Sequence record: SRR20825019_1681
DNA: 64,000 bases
Reading direction: 5' to 3' (one strand)
Positions 20,019 through 30,224 of the stretch are shown piece by piece (position 1 is the first letter of the stretch; each line of letters begins with the position of its first letter). The translations under genes and the position numbers were made by a program. The notes beneath the pieces are model-generated. The model had not been told where the DNA came from and did no database searches. It was given only the letters and a program-made list of their open reading frames with translations.

Positions 20019-20022
20019 GTTA

Positions 20023-22527
20023 TTATCTTATTACAGTAATATTACCTTCGTGCCACTCTACGCGTCCGTCAGTAAATTGAATTTTGTACATATACGCATA
20101 GACTCCTGAATTAACGGGCTCGCCATTAAATGTTCCGTCCCACGTTAAACCAGGGTCACTTGAGTGAAGAATTCGATTTCCCCAACGATCATAAATGTAG
20201 AACGTAAAGCTCTTCACATTTAATCCCATTATGATAGAGAAGATTTCGTTTCTACCATCACCATTTGGACTAAATCCTGTTGGAACAAAAATTCCTTCTA
20301 CTCCAGCCGTTGGAGGTGTTCCTACTACTCTAAATACTGCTGTAACGTTCTCTGTCTGTTCAATCATGATGAAGTTAGTGTCTTCTATCACTGAATTACC
20401 CATCGGTCCAACAGTGTACTCCCAGTGATCAAATTCATAACCTGGATAAGCTCTCGCTATGGTGTTCGTTTGAATTCCTCCGAAATAAGTAGTTGCCCAT
20501 GGAAAACTATTCACCCAAATAGAGTTCACTTTGATTTCGCCTGCTCCTGCTGGGCTTACATTAAACGTGACATCGTGGGGTCCTGTAAGATTATAACAAT
20601 CTATCAACCCTTGAGTTAGCGCCGTACAGCGCAAATCAATGAAGTCTCTCAACTCCTGCACATTTGCTTGCCACCCTGCGTACGTTCCTCCCCAAAGTGC
20701 TGTTTGGGCGCCCATTTCTGGGTCAATCTCATTAATCATACTGTCTAGCAACTGATTCATGTATGCGCAAGAGAATTCTGTATTTACAAGGTCAATATAC
20801 CGCGTAATGTAATATTGTTCAACAACGGATGTGTCTGCCATCAATTTTACCAAGACGTCTGTGTGTCCTTGTCCTCCAGGGTTTGGAAGTCCTTCAACAT
20901 TACAAGGATCAGCATTTGCAGATGGGTCTGGGATACCTGTGTAGTTAATATAGTGCCCAAACGATGCATCCATATCCCACAATGTATATCTCCATTTTTT
21001 CTTATCTCCACTCAAGTTTGTTCCTCTCCACCAAGCTGTATTCCAGTTTAGCCAGTCTTGTGAAACAATGTAAGAGTTAAACATAAAGTAATCACATAAT
21101 GATTCCCAATTTAATAGGCTATCGACATAATTAAAGTTCGCTGGAATTCCACAATCATTTGCTAAAATGAACGCCACTAAATTGTCCCATTCGGTTTGCG
21201 CCGCTGCTCCACCATATTCTTGCCAAGTTCCTCCCCAAGTTTTGAGGTAATACAAATCTTCTTTTCCTTGTTCGTAGTAATAATCTGTGAAATCGTGGTC
21301 GTCCACTTTTTCTCTCATTTCATAGACTCCCCAATATTCTCCATTTAGATAAAGCACACATGGCCTCCATGTTCTTTCGTCCATTTTCAACTCTGCGCGA
21401 TCCGACAAAGTATGCACAAATGCATCTCGAATATGCGCTCCATCTTCAAAGGAAACATTATCATTTGCAGCCGGTTTCATTATTAGACGTTGGAATTCAT
21501 CTCTTGTTTTCTCTGGGAAAATTTTATGCTCTATGTCTCCATTATATCCAAATTCATCTCTCATGATGACATCAAACCCTCTTTGGTCATACGCCCAAGA
21601 ATCGTTTCCGTGCTTGTTGTAATCGCCTTCTCCTTCATCGATAAACGTTCCATCTTGCTCATACAATTCAAATGCTCCAACAAAGTTTCCTGTGAAGCCA
21701 TTTCCGTTAGCAATAAGGTCATAAATTTCATCTGAACAAACCGAAACTACTGGAATCGGGTGGGTAACGTTGATAAAGTATGTGTTTGTTTCATTAAAAC
21801 TAGGGAGGTTTGTACCAGACGCAAAAGCTCTAAGCACGGTTGTTGTTGCAATGTTTATTGGTCCAGTGTACACAGGCGAAGAACCATTTGGTGTTGACCC
21901 ATCTATAGTATATCGGATTGTAGCACCAGGATCTGCACAAGTTATTGACACTGTTTGTGCACCTGGATAAAAGCCTGGAGCAACACTAAACACAGGTTTT
22001 GGAGTATAAAAATCCAACGCTCCCACATTTGCTGCATTTGGCGTTGGTGTGGTAAACAGTTTCCAATCCGCAGCTCCATTTGTAGATCTTCCTACTGAAT
22101 GATCTTCTTTGGTCATGTGAACAATTTTTATTGAATCCACTACGTTTCCAAGTGTATTTGTAAGAATGATCCACTCGCCTTTTGTTTGTGTCAGGGAAAA
22201 GTTTGGATGCAATTCTCCACCAGAGGTTGTGTTTCTTTTTGAGCAAAAAACCATCGTATATCCATTCGCGGGAACACTCATTCCTGTTGGAATCTGCCAT
22301 TTGGTTAAATCCCCAGACTTATCAGACAAATAGTAGTTCGAAATATCAACGGCTGCCGCAGTAGGGTTATAGATTTCTATCCAATCTTCTCGTTCACCAA
22401 ATGCATCTGTTGGTCCGCTCATATTTGAGCACGAATATTCGTTGATAACAACTTGACCCGCTGAAGACATTGCAATAGAAACAAGGAGTCCTGTCATTGC
22501 AAAACGAGAAAGTAGAGTTTGTCGCAT
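20023..22527 (-). CDS. CotH-kinase-family protein with lamin-tail-like and chitobiase/FN3-associated domains and a T9SS type-B (gliding-motility-associated) C-terminal domain
   Basis: VVINE...DWIEIYN (LTD), IRYTIDGSTP, LYLNGEYWGVY..RE, DW..N..W.W, WDMD.SFG (CotH), FSPNGDGRNE...IYDRWG...WDG (CTD). Confidence 0.88.
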   Translation of the reverse strand: MRQTLLSRFAMTGLLVSIAMSSAGQVVINEYSCSNMSGPTDAFGEREDWIEIYNPTAAAVDISNYYLSDKSGDLTKWQIPTGMSVPANGYTMVFCSKRNTTSGGELHPNFSLTQTKGEWIILTNTLGNVVDSIKIVHMTKEDHSVGRSTNGAADWKLFTTPTPNAANVGALDFYTPKPVFSVAPGFYPGAQTVSITCADPGATIRYTIDGSTPNGSSPVYTGPINIATTTVLRAFASGTNLPSFNETNTYFINVTHPIPVVSVCSDEIYDLIANGNGFTGNFVGAFELYEQDGTFIDEGEGDYNKHGNDSWAYDQRGFDVIMRDEFGYNGDIEHKIFPEKTRDEFQRLIMKPAANDNVSFEDGAHIRDAFVHTLSDRAELKMDERTWRPCVLYLNGEYWGVYEMREKVDDHDFTDYYYEQGKEDLYYLKTWGGTWQEYGGAAAQTEWDNLVAFILANDCGIPANFNYVDSLLNWESLCDYFMFNSYIVSQDWLNWNTAWWRGTNLSGDKKKWRYTLWDMDASFGHYINYTGIPDPSANADPCNVEGLPNPGGQGHTDVLVKLMADTSVVEQYYITRYIDLVNTEFSCAYMNQLLDSMINEIDPEMGAQTALWGGTYAGWQANVQELRDFIDLRCTALTQGLIDCYNLTGPHDVTFNVSPAGAGEIKVNSIWVNSFPWATTYFGGIQTNTIARAYPGYEFDHWEYTVGPMGNSVIEDTNFIMIEQTENVTAVFRVVGTPPTAGVEGIFVPTGFSPNGDGRNEIFSIIMGLNVKSFTFYIYDRWGNRILHSSDPGLTWDGTFNGEPVNSGVYAYMYKIQFTDGRVEWHEGNITVIR

Positions 22528-22689
22528 AAGAGTTTGTTATATAAGTGTTACGCTTGTGTTAAGCGAATTTTATCAATAATAATGAATTATCGTGTTAATT
22601 TGTATATTAGGACGTTGAAATTTACCTAAAGGTTGAGTTCTTTAGCCATAAAGATCAACTTATTAAACCCATTTAAACAACATAAACTC

Positions 22690-23079
22690 ATGAAAAAGAT
22701 TGCTTTGCTATTTGCAGTTTCTGCTGCATTATTCTCTTTTAATTCTTGCAAAAAAGTAGAAGGTCCAGGTGGGTCTTCAACAATAAAGGGTACAGTTCGT
22801 ATTGAGAAAACTGTAGGTAGTAATACAATTACATACCTCGCGGAGGAGGAAGATGTGTATTTAGTTTACGGCACTGAAAATTCATTTTACGACGACGATG
22901 TAAAAACGTCATACGATGGAAGCTTCGAGTTTAATTACTTGCAAAAAGGTGTTTACAAAATATTCGTTTATCAAGACTGTGATGCTTGCCCAAGTGGTAA
23001 TGAAGCCGTGATCAAAACAATTGAAATTAGCGACAATAAATCTATTCAAGACATCGGAGAAATTATCATTAAAAAATGA
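22690..23079 (+). CDS. Small lipoprotein
   Basis: Lipobox FNSC, then KK.EGPGG.STI.G and T.YDGSFEF.YL.KG.Y. Start placed at ATG 22690. Confidence 0.75.
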   Translation: MKKIALLFAVSAALFSFNSCKKVEGPGGSSTIKGTVRIEKTVGSNTITYLAEEEDVYLVYGTENSFYDDDVKTSYDGSFEFNYLQKGVYKIFVYQDCDACPSGNEAVIKTIEISDNKSIQDIGEIIIKK

Positions 23080-23735
23080 GAGCATTACTTATTTCAAGCA
23101 TAATTGCTTTATCTGGGTCTGTGTTTTCTCAGAACTCAGAGTTTCAAGTATGGACCGAAGTAGGTGCAGAAGGGGATGTTATCAAAAAGCTAGACTGGTC
23201 AGCTTCTCTTAGTACGCGCTTCGGGGATAAAGGTGTAAATACCATTTTCCCTGAGTTTGGGTTAGAGTACAAAGTGGCCAAGTGGCTCCGTCCATCAATT
23301 GAATACCGATATGTAGCGGACAAAGACAACTACTTCAACTACATTTCTAAGCATCGACTCAATTTTAACCTTACTTTAAAAGAATCCATCGATCGTTTAT
23401 CTATTTCAGGAAGATTTCGTTATCAATATGCTTTTGATCGTCTTTCTCCTTCTGAAAACTTTAATCCAGAATTCGACCGTGCCATTAGAACCAAGCTTGG
23501 ACTCAAGTACGATATAAAGGGAAGTATGTTTTCGCCCTCTGCGAGTACTGAGTTATTCTTTGATCCAAACTTTAATGCGGATTCTAGGCTTTCAAAGGTG
23601 CGGATTGGTTTGGGAACAGAAATAGAGCTTGATGGTCCACATTCATTTGATGTGAAGTATCAATTAGACGCTCGCCTTGATCCTTCAAAAGGTTCTAGAC
23701 ATGCCATTTCTATTTCCTACGGATATAAATTCTAG
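23076..23735 (+). CDS. Small outer-membrane beta-barrel (DUF2490-like)
   Basis: Signal peptide ..SVFS|Q, R.RYQY strand motif, C-terminal YGYKF. Confidence 0.75.
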   Translation: MRALLISSIIALSGSVFSQNSEFQVWTEVGAEGDVIKKLDWSASLSTRFGDKGVNTIFPEFGLEYKVAKWLRPSIEYRYVADKDNYFNYISKHRLNFNLTLKESIDRLSISGRFRYQYAFDRLSPSENFNPEFDRAIRTKLGLKYDIKGSMFSPSASTELFFDPNFNADSRLSKVRIGLGTEIELDGPHSFDVKYQLDARLDPSKGSRHAISISYGYKF

Positions 23736-24214
23736 TTGTTTTCTTCAGGCTTCGATTCTTCTATGATAAGAGATAAGTCGTGCACTTCGTCAATCATTGA
23801 ATCGGTGATTCCTTGTTCAAGCGTGAAGGTATATTTTCCCTTTATGGGCATTTTCCTTTTTTTGAAATAAAGCGATGTTGTAACTATTGATCCTGATTTT
23901 TCTCCAATCCAAGAGCCATCCGGATTAGTTATTTTAATTTCAAATGGCTCTCTGGCTGTTGTTCCGTCTGGTGTTTGGGTTTTCATAAACACCCAAATAT
24001 TATTGTATTTGTAATCCGTAGACGTTCTAAGAGAAAGAGTAAAATCATACTCCTTCTCTATACTTTGAAAGTCTACTTCGTACTTCAGTTTTACATCTTG
24101 CTTCCACGTTCTATTTTCAAAAGAAAATGCCTTTTCATAAAAAGGTGTTTCTCCGCAAGAGCTTAAGAAGAAAACTCCACAAAAAATCAATAGAATACTA
24201 ACTTGGTTTTTCAT
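23732..24214 (-). CDS. gldH: Gliding motility lipoprotein GldH
   Basis: Lipobox LSSC; LR...DY.YNNIW, G.WIG..SG and G.Y.F..EQG motifs; follows the PSP1/RicT gene. True start at ATG 24214. Confidence 0.88.
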   Translation of the reverse strand: MKNQVSILLIFCGVFFLSSCGETPFYEKAFSFENRTWKQDVKLKYEVDFQSIEKEYDFTLSLRTSTDYKYNNIWVFMKTQTPDGTTAREPFEIKITNPDGSWIGEKSGSIVTTSLYFKKRKMPIKGKYTFTLEQGITDSMIDEVHDLSLIIEESKPEENN

Positions 24215-25574
24215 CGCCTTTATTGCTATTCGGATTGTTTGGGTTATTTGGATTCTTTCGTCTCCTATTATTATTGTTTCTTCGTTTATTCTGAGGTTTC
24301 TGTTCCCCCTCTTTTTGCTCACCACTTGCTTTTGCTTGCGGCGGTCTTCTATTTGGATTTGGTTTTCTATTCGGCGCTGGAGATTGTTTTTCTCCCTGTA
24401 CCTTCTTTGCCTCTGGTCTGTTTCCTGCATTAGGATTCGCTCTGTTTCCTCCTGGTCGTTTTTTCTTTTTCTTTTTGAAAATATGTTCAAAACGATTCAA
24501 GCTATCTTGACCAACAACGTTATCGTAATCTGGTCGTTCTACTTCAACAGGTTCAACGTACTCTAATAAATCCGCTGGTTTTTTATCTTCTCTATTCAGC
24601 CTAACGATTTCACGTACACGATCTGGGTGAACTGGAATAAGTCCTTTCCCTGCTCCAGCATCGCCTTCATAGACGTACCACATTTGCTTTTTGAAAACAT
24701 CCGTTTTAATATGAACTGCTGTTCCTATCTCGGTGCGAAGTTTGAGCTCTCCTTTTGGAAAAACCTTAATTGCATCGAGGTACATGTCCAATTCGTAATT
24801 CAAACAACACTTCAGTTTTCCGCATTGTCCCGCTAATTTTTGCGGATTTAGCGACAATTGCTGATATCTCGCAGCAGAAGTAGATACCGTTCTAAAGTCC
24901 GTTAACCATGTTGTACAACACAATTCTCGACCACAAGATCCGATTCCTCCGAGTCGCGCAGCTTCCTGTCGTGCACCAATTTGCTTCATTTCGATACGCA
25001 CGCGAAATGTATCCGCCATGTCTTTAATCAACTGGCGAAAATCTACACGATCATCTGCTGTATAATAAAATGTCGCCTTGGAAAGATCACCTTGATATTC
25101 TACGTCCGAAATTTTCATTTCAAGACCTAAATTCAACGCCAACGTTCGTGCGCTAAACATCACTTCTTTCTCAAGAGAGCGTGCTTTGATCCATTTATCG
25201 ATATCCTCCTGTTCGGCGATTCGATAAATCTTTTTCGCTTCCATCGGCTTAAAGCCTGGAGCTTTCTTTTTGACTTGTATTCTGGCTAATTCACCTGTAA
25301 CCGAAATTACACCGATATCTTGACCGGGGCTTCCTTCCACTACTACAACATCTCCAACTTGTAAAGAAAATGTTTTGGTGTTTCTGTAAAATCCTTTTCG
25401 TCCGTTTTTAAATCGAACTTCTACTATATCATAAGGGGCTTGACCTATTGGTGAATCCATATTCGCCAACCAATCAAAGACCTCTAGTTTATTACATCCG
25501 CCAGAACTACAAGTACCACTATTTTTACATCCGCCAGGAGTTCCTCCTCCGCTGCCGCAACTGGTACAACCCAT
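24198..25574 (-). CDS. ricT: PSP1-domain Fe-S protein (RicT/YaaT family)
   Basis: RVDFRQL, IEMKQIGARQEA, CGRELCC and CGKLKCCL motifs; Cys-rich N-terminus and basic disordered tail. Confidence 0.88.
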   Translation of the reverse strand: MGCTSCGSGGGTPGGCKNSGTCSSGGCNKLEVFDWLANMDSPIGQAPYDIVEVRFKNGRKGFYRNTKTFSLQVGDVVVVEGSPGQDIGVISVTGELARIQVKKKAPGFKPMEAKKIYRIAEQEDIDKWIKARSLEKEVMFSARTLALNLGLEMKISDVEYQGDLSKATFYYTADDRVDFRQLIKDMADTFRVRIEMKQIGARQEAARLGGIGSCGRELCCTTWLTDFRTVSTSAARYQQLSLNPQKLAGQCGKLKCCLNYELDMYLDAIKVFPKGELKLRTEIGTAVHIKTDVFKKQMWYVYEGDAGAGKGLIPVHPDRVREIVRLNREDKKPADLLEYVEPVEVERPDYDNVVGQDSLNRFEHIFKKKKKKRPGGNRANPNAGNRPEAKKVQGEKQSPAPNRKPNPNRRPPQAKASGEQKEGEQKPQNKRRNNNNRRRKNPNNPNNPNSNKGDEKPS

Positions 25575-25666
25575 AATTCAACTGTTTGATTGTAAAAATA
25601 AGATAATAATTTCACCTTACATGATTGTGCCTTACGAAGATTTGAAGAGTGACGTGTTAACTTTCG

Positions 25667-26785
25667 TTAAGCTTTGTGAATATATCTCATTACTTGAAAA
25701 CACAAATTCATAAATAAAATCTTACTGTTCGCGTTTCGTTCGATATGATAATGAGCATCATTAAAGGTTTCCATAAAATCGTGAATGTTATTCCCTGAAA
25801 TGAACCGCGCGAATTTGTCTAGAAAATCAGACTCTTCCTTGGAGACTCTTGTGAGCGTATCTTCGGTATAATTTCGCAACATACTTTGTCTGAACATGTG
25901 CAGTGCATATTTCAAAAATACCTTCTGGAATTCATTGCTTTGCTCGGCGATCGATTCCGCCCATGCCATCATGTCGAGTACGTTCTTTTTGTAACACACC
26001 CTCATAAGTTGGATGAACAACTCGCGATTTAGATCCTTTTCTTCATGATTTCCAATCAGTTCCAATGCCTCCAGAAAATCTCCATCTGCTCTTCCTGCAA
26101 CGCTGTCTGATGACGAAGCACCGAGTTGCCTTTTTTCTCGCAAGTGTCTGCTAATCTCCTCAGATTTAATCCTTGGAACCTTCACTAACTGCGTTCTCGA
26201 TAGAATCGTTTGAAGCATGTATTCTTGCGACTCCGCCATCAAAATGAATAACGTTTTTTGCGGTGGCTCTTCTAGAATTTTCAAGAGTTTATTCGCACAG
26301 GCTAAATTCATTTCTTCGGCCATCCAGATCATCATCACCTTATAGCCACCTTCATACGATCGAAGCGCCAGTTTTTCAATTATTTCCTGACTTTCATCTT
26401 TACCAATAATTGGCTTTCGTTCTTTCGTATCTATTCGTTTTATCCAATCATTTAAGGAAAAATAAGGTTGTTCTGAAACCTGTTCTCTCCAGTCTTTGAT
26501 GAGTCCATCTGAAACTTTACTAATCGCTTGAATAGAAGGAAATGAAAAATGTAGGTCTGGATGCTGCAATGCTTCTACTTTTCGGCAAGAAGGGCAGGTT
26601 CCGCAGCTATCGTCTTTTTGCTTATTCTCACAAAACAAATACTGAACAAATGCAAGAGCCATAGGAAGAACGCCATAACCTGACTTTCCTAGAAACAACT
26701 GAGCATGACTTACCTTTTCATTTTGAACCTCATCTATTAAATGACCCTTTAGTCCATGATGTCCGATTACCTCTGAAAAACGCAT
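25667..26785 (-). CDS. holB: DNA polymerase III subunit delta'
   Basis: HAQLF.G, CGTCPSC zinc motif, HPDLH, ANKLLKILEEPP, TILSR. Start placed at ATG 26785. Confidence 0.92.
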   Translation of the reverse strand: MRFSEVIGHHGLKGHLIDEVQNEKVSHAQLFLGKSGYGVLPMALAFVQYLFCENKQKDDSCGTCPSCRKVEALQHPDLHFSFPSIQAISKVSDGLIKDWREQVSEQPYFSLNDWIKRIDTKERKPIIGKDESQEIIEKLALRSYEGGYKVMMIWMAEEMNLACANKLLKILEEPPQKTLFILMAESQEYMLQTILSRTQLVKVPRIKSEEISRHLREKRQLGASSSDSVAGRADGDFLEALELIGNHEEKDLNRELFIQLMRVCYKKNVLDMMAWAESIAEQSNEFQKVFLKYALHMFRQSMLRNYTEDTLTRVSKEESDFLDKFARFISGNNIHDFMETFNDAHYHIERNANSKILFMNLCFQVMRYIHKA

Positions 26786-26883
26786 GTGATAAAAGTAGTG
26801 CAAAATTTGGAATTATTTTTGCTTCTGGCTGGTCACCAAACTAGGAATTCCGTATCTTGCTAGTTCCTACTAAATTTAGAAAA

Positions 26884-28185
26884 ATGAAAAAAGTATACAT
26901 TCTTGTATCGTTAGTTATGGCTTCTTTTGGAAGTTTTGCATTTACACCATCATCATCTGTTACATTAGAAACGATTGAAAAAACCGACGTTTCAGTTACC
27001 ATAGCTGTAATGCATGACGGTAAACCTGTACAAAGTGCCTTAGTTAAAATAGTTAACGACCGCACAGTAGTGGGAGCAGGAACAACGAATGAGCAAGGTA
27101 TTGCAACCATTCAAATTCAGAACTATACTTCTCAAATTGTAACCATCGAAGTTTTTCATTCGATGTATCGTTCAGATAAAATGAAGGATATCAAATTGGA
27201 GAATGGTAAAACATATACATTAACTCTTTCAGGTAAAACAAGCTCGGTAGGCGATATTGAGGCAGAATCAGTAGAAACTCAAGGAAAGATTAATGGCGAA
27301 ATTGAAGCTGCAGGAGCAAATTCTGAGGAATATAAAAAGCGCGAAGAGGAGGCGAAGCAAAAGCAGGCCGCACTTCAAACTGAACGTGAGCGAATTCAAT
27401 CTGAAACGGATGCCAAGATGAAGGCAACTGAAGAAGATAGAAAAGCAGCGGAAGCAAAAATGAAGGAAGCTGAAGAGAGCAGAGCTAATTCGGCGGCGAC
27501 TCAAAAAGAACAAGCAGAAAAAATTGAGCAAGAACGCATCCAACGTGAGCAAGCGGCAAAAGCGCGCCAGGAAGAGTCCGATAAAAAAATGGCTGAAATG
27601 GAAGCTGCCAACTCGGAAAAGCTAAAAGCGGCAAAAGATCAAGAGAAATCCGCTGAAAAAGAAGCGAATAAAGCGCAAGAGGCACAAGAAAAAGAAATTA
27701 GCGCAGCTGAGAAAGACGCGAAGAATAAGGAAAAAGCTCTAAAAGAAGAGCAGAAAAAAGCCGAAGAGCAAGCAAAAGAAGCAAAGGAGGCGGCTAAGGC
27801 TCAAGAAAAATTAGAAAAGGAACAAGCTGAGGCGAAGAAAGACGCTGAGAAACTTCAAAAAGAAGCAGACAAAGAGGCAAAAGAGGCGGAAAAAGCGAAG
27901 AAAGAAGCAGAAAAAGAGGCAAAAGAAGCAGAAAAAGAAAAAGCGCAAGCTGAAAAAATGCAAGGTCAACTTGATAAACTTGACGGTGAGCAGAAAAAAA
28001 TCGATAATTCTCGCAAAAAATTAGAAGATGAGCAGGATAAAATCGACAAGAAAATGAAGAAAGGAAAAGATGTCGATAAACTGAAAGTAGAATCTGAAAA
28101 GTTACGCGTTAAGCATGCTAAGCTTGATGAGTCACAAAATAAATTGGATGAGAAGAGAAAAAAGCTCGTTAAGAAAATGAAATAA
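26884..28185 (+). CDS. Secreted protein with N-terminal beta-sandwich domain and long Lys/Glu/Ala-rich (TolA-like) helical region
   Basis: Signal peptide; GKPV..A.V....GTTNEQG domain; ~290 aa of EAEK/KEA repeats. Confidence 0.75.
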   Translation: MKKVYILVSLVMASFGSFAFTPSSSVTLETIEKTDVSVTIAVMHDGKPVQSALVKIVNDRTVVGAGTTNEQGIATIQIQNYTSQIVTIEVFHSMYRSDKMKDIKLENGKTYTLTLSGKTSSVGDIEAESVETQGKINGEIEAAGANSEEYKKREEEAKQKQAALQTERERIQSETDAKMKATEEDRKAAEAKMKEAEESRANSAATQKEQAEKIEQERIQREQAAKARQEESDKKMAEMEAANSEKLKAAKDQEKSAEKEANKAQEAQEKEISAAEKDAKNKEKALKEEQKKAEEQAKEAKEAAKAQEKLEKEQAEAKKDAEKLQKEADKEAKEAEKAKKEAEKEAKEAEKEKAQAEKMQGQLDKLDGEQKKIDNSRKKLEDEQDKIDKKMKKGKDVDKLKVESEKLRVKHAKLDESQNKLDEKRKKLVKKMK

Positions 28186-28205
28186 TCTTCTTTTCAAACA
28201 AATTT

Positions 28206-28237
28206 GAAAGGCGCTTGATATTCTTCAAGCGCCTTTC
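28206..28237 (+). terminator. Intrinsic terminator
   Basis: Perfect 13-bp stem GAAAGGCGCTTGA/TCAAGCGCCTTTC followed by T-rich sequence. Confidence 0.8.
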
Positions 28238-28252
28238 TTTATTTTCGCACCC

Positions 28253-29146
28253 ATGTTAAGCAAATTTAAATACCATATTCTTTTGCACCTCATCATACTC
28301 ATGTGGGGGTTTACAGGCATTCTCGGTAAGCTAATCCACCTCGAGCCTTTCCATATTGTTTGGGCGAGAATGGTGATCGCTACTATTGCTTTGGCAATAG
28401 GAATGGTTTTATTAAAGCGTTCGTTCAAACCGGCGTCATTTAAGGAGTTGTTGCAGTTCTCAGGCGTAGGTGCAATCGTTGCAATGCATTGGGTTACGTT
28501 TTATATTTCCATCGACTTATCAACGGCATCCCTAGGAATCCTTTGTTTATCAACCACTACAATTCACGTGGCGTGGTTGGAGCCATTGCTTATGAAACGT
28601 CCTTTTTCATGGTCGGAACTCATAATGGCGAGTCTCGTTATTTTTGGAATCTATTTTGTTTCGGATGATTTTAACGCTCAGGAGTACGAAGCACTCGCCT
28701 ATGGTTTAGTTTCAGCCTTCTTCGCAGGGCTTTTTTCTGTCTTCAATGCAAAATTTGCTCAAACCTCTCCCCCGTCCAAAATTTCCCTTTACGAATTTAT
28801 TTCAGGGGTCATTTTTCTTTCCTGCGTACTCGCTTATCGCGGTGAATTAAACGCATCACTATTCGAAATGACTCTTTCGGATTTCCTTTGGTTGCTCTTT
28901 TTAGGTGTTCTTTGTACGACGTTTGCCTTCTTGGCAGTAATTGAAATTTTAAAACGTCTCGGAACTTTTACTGTTTCCCTGAGCATAAACTTAGAACCCG
29001 TGTACACAATTCTATTGGCGATTTTTATTCTAAATGAAAACCAATTGTTGGGATATAAATTTTACTTGGGGTCGGTGCTCATCGTTGCCATTGTAATTGC
29101 AAACGCAGCCATAAAGCGAAAACAACGCAGAAGTGCAGTCCAATAA
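28253..29146 (+). CDS. EamA/DMT-family transporter
   Basis: About 10 TM in two repeats; WGFTGILGK and INLEPVY motifs. Confidence 0.9.
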   Translation: MLSKFKYHILLHLIILMWGFTGILGKLIHLEPFHIVWARMVIATIALAIGMVLLKRSFKPASFKELLQFSGVGAIVAMHWVTFYISIDLSTASLGILCLSTTTIHVAWLEPLLMKRPFSWSELIMASLVIFGIYFVSDDFNAQEYEALAYGLVSAFFAGLFSVFNAKFAQTSPPSKISLYEFISGVIFLSCVLAYRGELNASLFEMTLSDFLWLLFLGVLCTTFAFLAVIEILKRLGTFTVSLSINLEPVYTILLAIFILNENQLLGYKFYLGSVLIVAIVIANAAIKRKQRRSAVQ

Positions 29147-29246
29147 TTCGAATGTAGATTTCTTTCCTCAGAAACGCACAAAATCATTGTTAGTAAACTA
29201 AAAACAATTGCTTTCGATTGGTTAGCATCATTTTTTTGAGTAATAT

Positions 29247-29254
29247 TATCTTTG
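29247..29254 (+). promoter_or_regulatory. -7 element (TATCTTTG) for the universal stress protein gene
   Basis: Exact TAnnTTTG match 33 nt upstream of the ATG. Confidence 0.6.
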
Positions 29255-29287
29255 CTGATAGAACTATAACCAGAAACGTCTTTTCGT

Positions 29288-30109
29288 ATGAAAACTAAAA
29301 CATTTATTGTTCCGCATGATTTTACGGCTGTTGCTAACATTGCTCTTAAACATGCGTTATCTACTGCAAAACCTTTGGGAGCTAAAATCTTCTTGCTTCA
29401 CGTTGTATCAAAAAAGAAAGATATTGATGATGCAGAGGCTCGATTGAATGAGCTTGTCGCTGAATACTCAGGCCCCGTTGAAATTATTGGTGCTGTTCGT
29501 GTAGGAAATATTTTTGATGGAATTGGTGATTTTGCATCTGAACATCACGCTGAGCTAATCTTTATGGGTACACACGGTACACATGGTTGGCAGCACTTAA
29601 CAGGAATGAACGCACTCAAAGTTGTTACGCATTCATCCGTTCCTTTTGTCATCGTTCAGGATAAAACGCCAAACGATACAGGGTACGATGATATTGTTGT
29701 TCCTCTTGATTTGAATAAAGAAACGAAGCAGAAAATTGCAATTGTGGCAAACATTGCGAAGTACTTCAACTCTAAAGTACACGTGATAACTCCTGATGAA
29801 TCAGATGAGTTTTTGCGACACCAAGTAAAAGCGAATATTCAATTTGCTAGAAAATATTTCGCTGAGAGAAATATTGAAATCTCTACCACAATTGTTCCAA
29901 GTAGTGGTTTTGACAAAGAAGTAATTAGACACTCTGTGAGTATTGGTGCTGATTTAATTGCCATCATGAACCTCAACCGAAACAGTGTTTTAGGTGTGCT
30001 TTCTGCAAATCACGAAGAATTCATTATTACGAATGATGCTAAAATTCCGGTACTTATTATGAACCCAATTGAAGGAATTAGTTCTTTGGCTGTTGATTTT
30101 AACGGATAA
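29288..30109 (+). CDS. Universal stress protein (tandem USP domains)
   Basis: IVPHDF...A...LLHV, LIFMGTHG; second domain IVVPLD...ADLIAIM...IPVLI. Confidence 0.9.
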   Translation: MKTKTFIVPHDFTAVANIALKHALSTAKPLGAKIFLLHVVSKKKDIDDAEARLNELVAEYSGPVEIIGAVRVGNIFDGIGDFASEHHAELIFMGTHGTHGWQHLTGMNALKVVTHSSVPFVIVQDKTPNDTGYDDIVVPLDLNKETKQKIAIVANIAKYFNSKVHVITPDESDEFLRHQVKANIQFARKYFAERNIEISTTIVPSSGFDKEVIRHSVSIGADLIAIMNLNRNSVLGVLSANHEEFIITNDAKIPVLIMNPIEGISSLAVDFNG

Positions 30110-30130
30110 TTTTAAAAATATTTAGATTCG

Positions 30131-30159
30131 AAAGGGACTCACGTGAGTCCCTTTTTTTT
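30131..30159 (+). terminator. Intrinsic terminator
   Basis: Palindrome AAAGGGACTCACGTGAGTCCCTTT followed by a T run. Confidence 0.85.
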
Positions 30160-30224
30160 AGCTCTATTTTCTTATCACTTTTTAACTTTCTGCTCGTCCT
30201 AAAACTGCTAATTTTAGACTGTTG

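Noticed and set aside
24215-24490. 92-aa N-terminal extension of the gldH ORF in the ORF track
   Set aside because: It is an alternative frame of the low-complexity ricT tail. The lipoprotein signal begins at ATG 24214.
27860-27940. Short tandem DNA repeat as a separate repeat element
   Set aside because: It is explained by the in-frame KEAEK protein repeats and is covered under that CDS.
30131-30159. CACGTG-centred palindrome as a fourth parS
   Set aside because: The arms (GGGACT/AGTCCC) do not match TGTTT/AAACA. Position after a stop codon and the T tail indicate a terminator.
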